Shown piece by piece: positions 25,390 to 37,769 of a stretch of DNA of 64,000 bases. Source of the stretch: Chiloscyllium plagiosum (taxonomy: Eukaryota); contig NC_057718.1 of NCBI RefSeq assembly GCF_004010195.1, forward strand, positions 11,577,186-11,641,185, in the 5' to 3' direction. The notes under the pieces were generated by a model, which worked only from the letters and a program-made list of their open reading frames with translations, made no database searches and was not told the origin of the DNA. Position numbers and translations under genes: made by a program. The first letter of the stretch is position 1. Each line of letters begins with the position of its first letter.

Positions 25390-25510
25390 TTCGGAAGAAG
25401 GGTCAATGGACCTGAAACATTAACTCTGTTTTCTCTCCACAGATGCTGCCTGAGCTCCAGCAATCTGTTTTTGTTTCAGATTTCCAGCATCTGCAGTTCT
25501 TTCGTTTATT
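25390..25510 (+). mobile_element. Penelope-type terminal fragment (family C; related pieces ~8580-8735, 9585-9745, 20165-20290, 59895-60030)
   Basis: tcGGAAGA a GGGTC aatg GACCT GAAA cattaactctg...cagatgctgcc...tttccagcatctgcag: hammerhead-like core with a U4>G change. Confidence 0.6.
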
Positions 25511-28500
25511 TAAGTGATTTGCTAGGGTCATCTCAAAGAGCAATAAAGAGTTTGCTAAGCATCAGTTGTTATGGGCCTGGAGGTTTGGTGAGAACAACAG
25601 ATTTCCTCCCCTAAAGAGGATTGATGACCTAGATGGGTTTTTTACAATAATCGATTAGAGTTATCAGGGCCACCATGATTTATTTATTCCAGATTTTTTA
25701 AGTGAATTTAAATTTCACCAGCGAGTAACTCACCTCCTGCCTCCCCAAGTATCTGTCCACCATTCACAAGGCACAAGTCAGCAGTGGGATGGAGTACTTT
25801 ATATTTGTCTGGATGAGTGTAGCTCCAAAAATACTTCAGAAGCTTAACACCACATGCTGATTGGCACCACATCCACTCCCTTCACCACCATTGCTCAGGA
25901 GCATTAATGTGTCTCCAAGATGCACTGCAGGAATTCACCAAAGAGCCTAAAACCGCACCTTTTAAACCTATAGCCAGTGCCATCTAGAAGGACATTGATA
26001 GCACATACATTGGAACACCACCATCTGCAAGTTCCCCTCAAAACTATTTGCTATCCTGACATAGAAACGTAGAAAATAGGACAGGCCATTCAGCCCTTTG
26101 AGACTACTCTGCCATTCAATATGATAATGGCTGATCATCCAGCTCAGTACCCTGTTCCTGCTTTCTTCCCACACCCTTTGATCCCTTTGACTCTAAGAAT
26201 TACATTTAACTCCTTGAAAACGTCCAACGTTTTGACCTCACCCACTTTCTGTGGCAGAGAATTCCACAGATTTGCCACTTGGAAATATATCCTTCAATGT
26301 CACTGTGTCAAAATTCTGGAATTCCTTCCTTAATGTCATTGTGGGTCGATCAAAACCAAATGGACTGCGGTGATTCAAAAGGCAGCTCATGACCACCTCC
26401 GCAAGGGCACGTAGGAATGGGAATAAGTACTGGCCCAGCCAGTGATGCCCACATCCCGTGATTGCATAAGAAAGCTGAGTGGTGGGAGTTCAGCTTCAGT
26501 GTATTAGGTTGGCCTCTGGATGAATAACCCAGTAACATTACCATTGAACTGCCATCTCCCCTATAAATCTCAATGTAATATTCAAACGTAGAACCTATAT
26601 ACCACATATGATAACAGCAAATAAATAGAATATACAAACGTACAAATCTACCAATATTTTAGCTGAACATCAAGTGGTCAGCTTTGTTTCATTTTGATTC
26701 AGAGACATTACTGTGTTTGCAACTCATCTCAGTTTATACTCCTCATTCAATGGAAGAAAATTCAACAGACGAGTGACTTCACACCCACCACCACATTGGC
26801 CCCAGTAATCTGAAGCTGACCGCTTATTTTAACATTGAGGGCCAGTCAAGCCTCAAGGGGTCACAGGTCAATCTCTTCACCTCAGGTCAATGAGCTGTTG
26901 CTACCTTCCCAGAGGTCACTGCACTGTGCAACGTTCCAATCAATTTGGAGTATATTCGCTGGAGTTCAAAAAATGCAGGAGAATCTCAGAGGGACCTATA
27001 TAACCCACCTGGATTAGACAAGGAGAACTCAGCAAGGATGTTCCCAATGGTGGGGGAGCCCAGAACCAGGCATCAAGGTCTGAGGATACATTTAGGACAG
27101 AGATGAGGAGAAATGTCTTCACCCAGAGAGTGGTGAGACGGTGGAACTCTCTGCCACAGAAAGCAGGTGAGACCAAAACATTGAATGATTGCAAAAAGGG
27201 GTTAGATGTAGCACTTGGAACAGAGGGAACGGGGGTATTGAGTTGGATGTCAAACCACGATCATAATGAATGGTGCAGCAGACTAGGCTGGGTTCCAGCT
27301 CCTATTTTCTATGTTTAATGTTTCTGTGGTACATCACCCGTAGTCGGAGTGCTGCATTGGCCACCAACAGACTGACCCCGATTAGATGTTAGACAATCGC
27401 TAGGGTTCCTGTTGCCAGATTGAACCAAAGGGATTGCTGGACTGTGGAGCTGGTGCCACCAGAAACCACGTCGAGGCACAGGACTGGCTGCAATGCCCCT
27501 CATTATGACCTACCTCCTCTGGAGGTGGGTGTAAAGCTGGTGGAGGCAAACCCGCATGACTGGGTAGAAGGGCAGGAACCCACTACTCTCCTTCTCTAAT
27601 TATGGGTGGAAAGGATCAAGGATGATCCTCCCATTCTGGGCCTGAAAACTGAACCCTTTAACGGGGGCAATCAATTCCCATTCAGGGCCATTACCAGAGT
27701 CACTGGCATTTGAGCTGAGGGCAACTGGCATGTGGAGGGAAGCAAATCCCATGTGGTTCTCTTGCAGCCTGGTGGGAGGTTCTCTTGACTGGGGGATCCA
27801 GCATAAGGATAAATGGGGGCCATGGAGAGTCAATTTAGGCCCTTTCCTCCGATAGCCCTCCCTTCTTTATTCAACAAATCCCTGAGTCCCAGCCCATCCT
27901 CATTTTCCATTGGTGAATGAGCTATACTGTCAGCAGCAGCCCCTGCTCCTGGTGGAGCTAGCTCTCATGGACAGATTCAGATGGAGTTTGGGGTCAAGGT
28001 TTCCCTTTTACAGGGGGCTGTCCCAGAATTAAATGCCCCCTGTATAGCCAGGAGCTAGTTAGGGGCTTGACTTCCTCGGGACTCCAGGAGAATGGGCAGT
28101 ATCACAGATGGTGGTAGGCACTGTGTTCCCTTGCACCCTCAGTGAATTCCACCCAGAGGCTTACATACAACATACAGCACAGGAACAGGCCACTTGCTCC
28201 AACAGGTTCATGCCCGGTTTATGCTCCATGTGTTTTGTCGAAGGTCATGGTTCTGACAAGGTCAACGTGGAGGTTCCATGAAGCAACCTGATGAAGTCAC
28301 GCTGGCTTGGGCAGGGGGAAATCAGTAACACAGCTTTGGACGGATGTGTCATCTCTGTCTACTAACACTCTTCATGACGCCGTCTAACAAGCCCATGTAA
28401 TTTATATTGCTATTGTGGAGTAAACTATATTTGCTAAATACAAATCCTCCCTTGTTAGGACTCACTAATGGCTGTTCCTCGGCTACTCTTAATAAAAAGG

Positions 28501-28998
28501 CCTTAGATCTTGTCAAAGAGATGATTGTGGTATCATCTTCGACCCATAAATATCACAATATTTACCTCCACTCACTGCTCTTCACCTCATCTCCTCTTGC
28601 CCAAAACTACCCATAGTTCTGTGTTTTTTTCCCTCACATGCCTACCTACCTTCACTGTGGATGCTTCTATGATATCCACTTCACCCACTCCTGGTAGTGA
28701 CTTCCCACATTCAAACCCGGTTTCTCCTGAGCTTGCCGTTGGATTAATTAAAGTGAATAATCTTATATTTATGGCACCTAATTTTAGATTTGTACTGTTA
28801 AATGTTTTCTTTGTAACATAACCAAGGGACGGGCAATAAATGCTGGCCTAGCCAGCAACGCCCACATCCCATGTGTGAATCATAAAATAAAACACACTTG
28901 GAAAGCAAAAATGTACTAAACCATTTGCGGGTCATCACAATCTAGTCAAGCATCCAATAAAGCAACTTTCTTTAAGTCTTCCCTGCTTGCAATAAATT

Positions 28999-29357
28999 GA
29001 TTCAGAACAGTCAAACTGTTTGGAAAGAAAAATACAAGATTAAAAGGATCACAAGGGTATTGTGATTATAGGAGAAAGTGAGGTCTGCAGATGCTGGAGA
29101 TCAGAGATGGAAATGTGTTGCTGGAAAAGCGCAGCAGGTCAGGCAGCATCTAGGGAACAGGAGAATCGACGTTTCGGGCATTAGCCCTTCTTCAGGAATA
29201 TTGTGATTATATTTCATTGACCGCTACTTTCCCACTCCAATGCTGACCGATTCAGAACAGTCAAACTGTTTGGAAAGAAAAATACAAGATTAAAAGGATC
29301 ACAAGGGTATTGTGATTATATTTCATTGACCGCTACTTTCCCACTCCAATGCTGACC
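28999..29357. repeat. Tandem duplication of a 109-bp unit; first copy carries the insertion, second (29249-29357) is empty
   Basis: gattcagaacagtcaaactg...ccaatgctgacc occurs twice; 250 = 109 + 128 + 13. Confidence 0.9.
29071..29198 (-). mobile_element. Young Penelope-type insertion (family A) with hammerhead core at 29168-29195
   Basis: 13-bp target duplication tattgtgattata (29058-29070, 29199-29211). Minus strand reads CTGAAGA A GGGC TAAT GCCC GAAA CGTC. Confidence 0.8.
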
Positions 29358-30848
29358 TGTTTGACCAGTTAAACATAGGAAGCAAAATGGTGAGCAGGCT
29401 ATATGAGTACACCTCATGGGAATCTCCAAAATCAGAGTCTGAAATTATCTAGAGGCTGGGGGTGGAAGGTGGTGTGAATGCATGCAACCCTTGATGATTT
29501 TTATTTTATTTGCTTAGCTAGCCTGCACCTTGACTTCATCTACCCTCCTTTAGTACCCTTCACCGAACCAAAAATACAAGCCATCGGTCTCCATTGTGAC
29601 CTCCTGAAGATTCGAGGAGAATGGTAATATGTCAGCCACAGGCCAGACCCCACATTCAGAGTGTGCCCACCTGGCTTTCCCGTGGATGTTGACTATGAAG
29701 TAATGGCCACCCTGTTCCCTCTCGCTAACGTGTATTAAACAGAAACATTAACTTGGACAGTGCAAAACAAATGAGGAAAAATAAACCATCCAAGCAGTAA
29801 GCTGAGGTTACTAGAAAGGAATTGCACCCGTCATCCAACTATTTGAGTGATCTCGGAAAACGGGACTCTCTCACTTTTCTGCTCAAAATGAGATGGAAGC
29901 TATCAAGAGAGATCACTAGATAAACAGTCTTTCCATTCTCACTTTTCAACAAACATTTTCCAGATTGTTAGTATCAAATCCTCAAACTGAATCGTGTTGA
30001 CTTGTTCATACTGGATTCCAGCTCAGCTGCCTCAGACGCTTTGTGTGAAATATGTTGGGTTACATTCCTTCTGACAGGATAGAATTCTTAAAGAGGACTG
30101 CTCTTTCTGAGACAGGGTTTGTCCGGTTTTAATGTACAGAGCCGCAGTGGCCTTTTGTTTATTTCTGATACAGTGTTTTCATTTCCTTCACACTTAAAGG
30201 ATTAACAACACAGTTAAAATAAATCAAACCGGAATTCAGCATCAACAGGCTGTGCTAGAAATAGCAAGCAGGGGAAATTAAAAAGCCAGCCATTGTTTTG
30301 CGACTCCTCCTGACGTGTCCCCCGTCTCTGCTGAGCCACTAGTTTAACTCGTGTGGAGTTATGATTCCAAATGTCCTGGTTGATCACAGTCCCTTCCATA
30401 GACCGGCACAGGAACAGACTCTTTGGCACACCATGTCTGTGCCGTCCATGATGCTATTCAAAATTAAGCCCATCTGCCTGCTCATGTTCCCATATCCCTC
30501 TATTCCCTGCCTGTTCACGTGGCTGTCTAAATGCTTCTCCAACCTTGCTATCATTTCTGATTCCATCACCCACCCTGGCAGCACATTCCAGGCACCTGCC
30601 AGCCTCTGCACAATAAACTAACCTCGGACCTCTCCTTTAAACTTTTCTCCTCTCACCTTAAACTTAAGCCCCCTAATATTTAACATTTCCACCCTGAGTA
30701 AAAGACTCTGACTATCCAGGAGAAAGGGAGGACTGCAGATGCTGGAAATCAGAGTCGAGAACGGGATGCTGGAAAAGCACAGCAGGTCAGGCAGCATCCG
30801 AGGAGCAGGAGAGTCAGCCAAAGGGTTTATGTCCAAAACGTTGATTCT

Positions 30849-31887
30849 TAATCTGAGGGGACAGGATGTACATGTATTTGGAAAGGCAAGGACCGATTAG
30901 GGATAGTCAACATGGCTTTGTGAGAGGGAAATCATGTCTCACAAACTTGATTGAGTTTTTTGAAGAAGTAACAAAGAAGATTGATGAGGGCAGAGCAGTA
31001 GATATGATCTATATGGACTTCAGTAAGGCGTTCGACAAGGTTCCCAATGTGAGACTAGTTAGGAAGGTTAGATCTTGTGGAATACAGGAAGAACGAGCCA
31101 TTTGGATACAGAACTGGCTCAAAGGTAGAAGACAGAGGGAGGTGGAGGGTTGTATTTCAGACTGGAGGCCTGTGACCAGTGGAGTGCCACAAGGATCGGT
31201 GCTGGGTCCTCTACTTTTTGTCATTTACACAAATGATTTGGATGCGAGCATAAGAGNNNNNNNNNNNNNNNNNNNNNNNNNNNNNNNNNNNNNNNNNNNN
31301 NNNNNNNNNNNNNNNNNNNNNNNNNNNNNNNNNNNNNNNNNNNNNNNNNNNNNNNNNNNNNNNNNNNNNNNNNNNNNNNNNNNNNNNNNNNNNNNNNNNN
31401 NNNNNNNNNNNNNNNNNNNNNNNNNNNNNNNNNNNNNNNNNNNNNNNNNNNNNNNNNNNNNNNNNNNNNNNNNNNNNNNNNNNNNNNNNNNNNNNNNNNN
31501 NNNNNNNNNNNNNNNNNNNNNNNNNNNNNNNNNNNNNNNNNNNNNNNNNNNNNNNNNNNNNNNNNNNNNNNNNNNNNNNNNNNNNNNNNNNNNNNNNNNN
31601 NNNNNNNNNNNNNNNNNNNNNNNNNNNNNNNNNNNNNNNNNNNNNNNNNNNNNNNNNNNNNNNNNNNNNNNNNNNNNNNNNNNNNNNNNNNNNNNNNNNN
31701 NNNNNNNNNNTGCAACATTTAAGAGGCATTTGGATGGGGATAGGAATAGGAAGGGTTTGGAGGGATATGGGCCAGGTGCTGGCAGGTGGGACTAGATTGG
31801 GTTGGGATATCTGGTCGGCATGGATAGGTTGGACCGAAGGGTCTGTTTTCATGCTGTACATCTCTATGACTCTATGACTCTATGACT
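30849..31887 (+). mobile_element. Young 5'-truncated CR1/HER1 LINE (RT domain, assembly gap inside)
   Basis: [23 protein letters not shown]...[12 protein letters not shown]...[21 protein letters not shown]; tail (ctctatga)n. Confidence 0.95.
31257..31710. other. Assembly gap (N run); further gaps at 37260-37274 and 46934-47012
   Basis: Runs of n. Confidence 1.
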
Positions 31888-32877
31888 CCTGCTCCTCAGA
31901 TGCTGCGCTTTTCCAGCACCACACTCTTGACTCTGACTATTCACCCTTCCTCGGCCTCTCATAATTTTAGACACTTCTCTCAGGTAACCTCTCAGTTTCC
32001 GACACTCTAGTGAAAACAATCCAAGATTGTCCAACCGTTCCTTTTAGCTAGTACACTCCAATCCAGGCAACATCCTGCTAAAGCTATTTTGCACCATTCC
32101 CCAGGGATTCCATTCCTTCCAATTGTTGCGATCAGAACTGGACTAAATCCTCAAAATGTGGCCAAACTAAAGTCTTGTACAGCCGCAACATGACTTTCCA
32201 ACTTTAATACTCAGTGGATGAAGGCAAATATTCTATATGCTTCTTTACCCAAAATGCTATCCTCAAATGTTGCTGAATCAACAACAACCCATTGCATTTA
32301 TTTAGCACCTTTGATATAGTGAATCATTGCAATGCGCTTCACAGAAAACAATATAACACTGAGCCACATATGGAGATATTAGGACAGATGAATGACTTTT
32401 ATTTATTTAATCATTCGGAGAATGTGGGCTTTGCTGATGGATTTGGAATCTACTGCCCATTCCTAATTGCCCCTTGCGAAGATAATGGTGAGCTGCCTTC
32501 TTCAACCACGGCAATCCATTTGATTAGCTAGCTAGGTGTGGCGGAGTGTCTTACAGGAGGAAAGGGAGATGGAGAGGTTTTGGGATGGTATTGCAGAACT
32601 TGAAGCCCAGGCCAAGGAGGGTTTAACCATAATGGTGGACAAAAAAAACAATCAGCTGTACATGAGACCTTAACTGGATGAACGCAGAGATCTCAGGAGG
32701 ATTGGGGAGGGACTGCAGAGTTATAGAGATACGAGAGCACGAGAAATTTGAATATGTGGCCAAGAGATTAATAACTCAATGTTGTTGGACCCAGAGCAAC
32801 TGTAGGTGAGTGAACAGAGTACAAGCAAGTGCTGGGAACTTGCTGTGTATTAGGATATGGGGAGCAGAGATTTGAAG

Positions 32878-32949
32878 GAGTGGACAATGAGACAGAGAGT
32901 GGAAATTGAGACAGAGAGTGGACAATGAGACAGAGAGTGGACAATGAGA
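32878..32949. repeat. 19-bp tandem repeat, ~4 copies (gagtggacaatgagacaga)
   Basis: Directly visible. Confidence 0.9.
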
Positions 32950-33744
32950 GGCCAACCAGACCAACATGAGAGTAGCTCCCAGTAATTCCTTCCTGGTGAG
33001 CCCTGACAACATGCAGCTTCCAATAGAGTAAACTAAATCATTATTAGTGGTGGGTACCTTGGCTGTTTCCACGGTGATGATAAAGCGTCTGAATCGTGAT
33101 TGAAAAAGAGGCAAGTACATCACTCAATCAATAAAAATCTGCTATTCAGACCACCTCCATGTCACTCATCACTCTGGCTCAGTCTTAGCATGGAGAAACA
33201 GTCCCAGAGCCTGTCTCAGAATTGGCCATCACCACGATGACATTATTTTGTACTGCTGTATTTTATTTTGCAACTGCATTGTGAATTCCTCTTATTTTAT
33301 GTTCAGGTTTAACCAAAGCAACCCCAGGCCCAGCTTGAGAGGTCCCCTTCTGGAGTGGGGGTACGCAGAAGTTTTCTGGGAACCTATCCATTGAAAACTT
33401 CAAGAGACAGATGGGAACGCAGCATGTTTGCAAAACCAAACTTTGGGTTGGGAATTTTCTATCAGAAATAAAGAGAAAATGAAAGGACCACGACAGGACA
33501 GACATTACCCAATACTGCTCATGGTCATGGGTCATAGGTTTTCTTAAGAAAGGTGGGAGATACTATTCCCATGTGTAAAAGGAACAAGTACAACAGGGTA
33601 CAGATTTAAAGTGACTTGATAAAGAAACAAGGGTGATATAGGAAGAAGGCTAGGGATGGAATGCACCACCTGGGAATTGAGTTATAGAGTCATTGAGTCA
33701 AACAGCAAACAGACCATTCAGCCCAATTGGTCCATTCTATAAAT

Positions 33745-35330
33745 CATAGAGTCATACAGTAGGGAAATAGACCCTTCTGTCCAGCCAGTCAATGATGACC
33801 ATAATCCCAAACTAATCTGATCTCACCTGCCTGCGCTTGGCCCATATCCCTCCACCACCTTCTCTGAAAGTGCATTCCACACACAAATCACTCTCTGTGT
33901 AAACAACAATTTCCCCCATGTCTTTTTAAAATCTTTCTCCTCATGTTAAAAATATGCCCCCTACTCTTGAAAGCCCCCACCCTAGGGTAAAGACACCTGC
34001 CATCTAACTAGTCTGTACTCCTCATGATTTTATAAACTTCTGTAAGGCCACCCCTCAACCTCCTACACTCCAGTGAAAAAAGTGCCAGCCTCTCCAACTT
34101 CTCCTTGTAACTCAAACCCTCCATCCCTGACAAATCTCTTCTGAACCCTCTCCAGCTTAGTAGTATCCTTCCTATGACAGGGTGACCAGAACTGGACACA
34201 GTGTTCCAGAAGAGGCCTCACTAATGTCCTGTACAACCTCAACATAATGTCCAAGCTCCTATACTCAAAGTTCTGAGCAATGAAGGCAAGTGAGCTGAAT
34301 GCCTTCTCAACCATCCTTTCTATATGTGACACAAATTTCAAAGTATTATTTACCCGAACCCCTAGATCTCTCTGTCCTACAGTGCAAAGTCCTGCCATTA
34401 ATTGTATAAGTCCTGCTTTTGTTTGTTTTACCAAAATGCAATACCTCACATTTATCCAAATTAAGCTCCATCTGTCTCTCTTCGGCCCATTGACCCAATT
34501 GATCAAGATCAGTTTGTAACCTTAGATAACCTTCTTCATTGTCTATTATGCCCCCATTTTCGGTGTCGTCAACAAACGTACTAACTGTGCCTTCTATATT
34601 CTCATCGAAATCATTTCTATAAACACAAACAAAAGTGGACTCAGCACTGAGCTTGTGAAACTCTGCTGCTCACACGCTTCCAGATGCCAACCTGGTTTCC
34701 AAAACGGAACTAGTGCTACTTGCCTCCATTGGCCCAACCCACTCCATTTCCCATCCACATACCACTCCAAATGTCTTTTAAATGCGATAGTTGTGCTTGC
34801 CTCTACCACTTCCTCTGGCAGTTCATTCCATATATGCGTCACCCTCTGTGTGAAAAACGTACCCCTCAGATCCATTTTACATTTCTCCCCATCACCTTAA
34901 ATCTCTAATTTTGAACTCCTGTACCCTGGGGAAGAGACCTTGGGTATTCACCTTATCTATGCACCTCGGGATTTTATAAACCTCTGTAAGATCACCCCTT
35001 AGACTTGTATGCTCCCGAGCACATAGTCCCAGTCTGTCCAGCCTTCCCTTATAACTCACACCCTCCAGTCTCTGTAACGTCCTTGTCAATCCTTATTGGC
35101 ACCCTTACACCCCAGTTTGGTAACATCCTTCCTAAAGCAGGGCAACCAGAATTGTACGCAGTACTCCAAATATGGCCTTGCCAATATCCTATACAGTCAC
35201 AACAAGATGACCCAACTCCTGTACTGAGTGCTCTGACTGATGAAGGCAAGCATGTCAAACACTTTCTTCATCCCCCCCGTCTACCTGTGAGGCCACTTTC
35301 TAGGGAATATGTACCCGAACCCCTAGATCA
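33745..35330 (-). mobile_element. Two tandem CR1 ORF2 3' fragments
   Basis: QRDLGVRVNNTLK...LYRTLVRPLLEHCVQFWSP...LERVQKRF; DLRGTFFTQRV..IWNELPEEVVEA. Confidence 0.9.
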
Positions 35331-36228
35331 CGCGGGAGGCAGGTTGAATTTTGGCATTTTAGAGAGCATCGCATAAATATTTGGATAGAAATAGTGTGCA
35401 AGGATATGGGGAAGAAAACATGAGATTGGCATGAGGTAATGGTGCTCGTTTGAATAGCCAGTGCAGACAGAATGGGCTGAATGGCCTCCATCTGTAATTT
35501 TGAGTCAGTCAAAGGTACAGTGTAGCCAGATGTAATAAGACCATAAGAGCATAGGAAATTGGAACAGAAGCAGGCCATTCAGCCCCTCATGCCTGCTCCA
35601 CCATTCAATAGGATCGTGGCTTATGTAACTCTCCTCAAACCCACTCTCCTGCCCTTTTCTCCATATCCCTGATTCCCTGACTGATCAAGAATCTATCTAT
35701 CTCAATGAGAGACGGTCAGAACCTTATTGATGAAAAATTCTCCAATAAATGGAGCACTTTCTTCTTAAATCTCTTAGTGTGCGCTGTGAAGCAGCGAGAA
35801 AGAGTGCAATATGTACGGCATTACAAAAACTCTCAACTCAGACAATGAGTGGTCTTGCAGTCATCAGATTGGAGCATGTGTTTCATTGTTGGCAATGAAA
35901 TAACCACAAATATCCAGAAATAATCTACCAGTCATTCTTTGCATCCTGGAACATTTAGAAGCAGTTTATTAAGTCATTCTTGGACAGCTAAACAGTTTTT
36001 TTTTAGCTTGCAAGGTACGTAAGTATTTTCTAAAGTACGACATCTGAAACGGAAGGATTTTCTTTACATTCCTACAGTTTAATGGCTAGATTGGGCAAAT
36101 GTAAGGATCCCAACACATAAGAGCTTTGAATCTGTTTAAAGTCTGCCTCTTTACACAAATCAGCAAGAGCAAAGATTGTTCTCCAGACAGCAGCGATTGG
36201 GCTGACAGGTAAAACAAACGTGGAGCTG

Positions 36229-36519
36229 AGATTACTTACAATGTGGAAACAGGCCCTTCGGCCCAACAAGTCCACACTGACCCACCGAAGCGCGACCCAC
36301 CGAAGCGCAACCCACTCCCCTACATTTACCCCTTCACCTAACACTATGGGCAATTTAGCATGGCCAATTCACCTAATCTGCACATGTTTGGACTGTGGGA
36401 GGAAACCCATGTAGACACGGGGAGAATGTGCAAATCTCCACACAGACAGTCGCCTGAGGCAGGAATTGAACCCGGGTCTCTGGCACTGTGAGGCAGTAGT
36501 GCTAACCACTGTGCCACCC
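36229..36519 (-). mobile_element. HE1/V-SINE
   Basis: Reverse complement of the same head, V-domain and tail as 45328-45636. Confidence 0.9.
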
Positions 36520-37103
36520 ACAAATGATCCCTTGGATCATTTCTTAAAATTTGTTTGTGGAATGTGAGCATTGCTGACAAGATCAACACTTATTAACAAT
36601 CCCCAATTGACACTCGGGGAGTGGTATTTCTTGAACTGCTGCAGTTTGATATAAATAGTTGGCCGTTTCAGACAGCCTTCATGAGTTGTCCACATTGCTG
36701 TGGGTGTGTAGTCCCATGCAGGTCATATAATGTAAAGATGGCAAGTTTCCTTCCTGAACACAATGATCCAGAAGTTTCAGGAGAGAGATTGGAGGACTTC
36801 TGTAATCCACAGCGGACCCAGTGGATATAGATGGTACAAAGAAGGAATTGAAGAGCCCCAACCAGTTAGGCGTATATCTATTGTTGACACCATCCAAATC
36901 TAGCTCTCTTAACCCTCCCAGGATCCTTGAATTGACAGACTGATTGTCCAACACGATGGATGAGGAAAAGCTTGCTCCAATAAAATATTAGGGAAGCTAC
37001 TTTTTTTGCAACACAGTAAGCTCCATTCCCCACTCACCGGCAAACCTCTTTCTCTCTCACCTCACCTTCCAAAATGGAAGCCCGCATTTATGCCTTTGTT
37101 ATC

Positions 37104-37769
37104 ACTTGGCAGATGGAGTTTAATTCAGGTAAATGCGAGGTGCTGCATTTTGGGAAAGCAAATCTTGGCAGGACTTATACACTTGATGGTAAGGTCCTCG
37201 GGAGTGTTGCTGAACAAAGAGACCTTGGAGTGCAGGTTCATAGCTCCTTGAAAGTGGAGNNNNNNNNNNNNNNNAATTCAGGTCTCCTTCCTATCGGAAA
37301 GATGTTGTGAAACTTGAAAGGGTTCAGAAAAGATTTACAAGGATGTTGCCAGGGGCTGTTTTCCCTGGAGAATCGGAGACTGAGGGGTGACCTTATAGAG
37401 GTTTATAAAATCATGAGGGGCATGGATAGGATAAATAGGCAAAGTCTTTTCCCTGGGGTTGGGGAGTCCAGAACTAGAGGGCATAGGTTTAGGGTGAGAG
37501 GGGAAAGATATAAAAGAGACCTAAGGGGCAATGTTTTCACGCAGAGGGTGGTATGGGTATGGAATGTGCTGCCAGATGATGTGGTGGAGGCTGGTACAAT
37601 TGTAACATTTAAGAGGCATTTGGATGGGTATATGAATTGGAAGGGTTTGGAGGGATATGGGCCGGGTGCTGGCAGGTGGGACTAGATTGGGTTGGGATAT
37701 CTGCTCGGCATGGACGGGTTGGACCGAAGGGTCTGTTTCCGTGCTGTACATCTCTATGACTCTATGACT
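37104..37769 (+). mobile_element. Young CR1/HER1 3' fragment
   Basis: WQMEFNSGKCEVLHFGKAN...RRLRGDLIEVYKIMRG...FTQRVV.VWN.LP; tail ctctatgactctatgact. Confidence 0.95.

Larger units (their letters stand above)
30400..32250. mobile_element. Nested insertions: old CR1 (-) interrupted by a family A Penelope-type element (30719-31928), itself interrupted by a young CR1 (+)
   Basis: gactctgactat(c/t)ca duplicated at 30704-30718 and 31929-31943. The element halves ...gattct and cctgctcc... flank the CR1. Confidence 0.8.

Noticed and set aside
28288..28320. Isolated CTGATGA as a hammerhead core
   Set aside because: No stem II or GAAA box follows.
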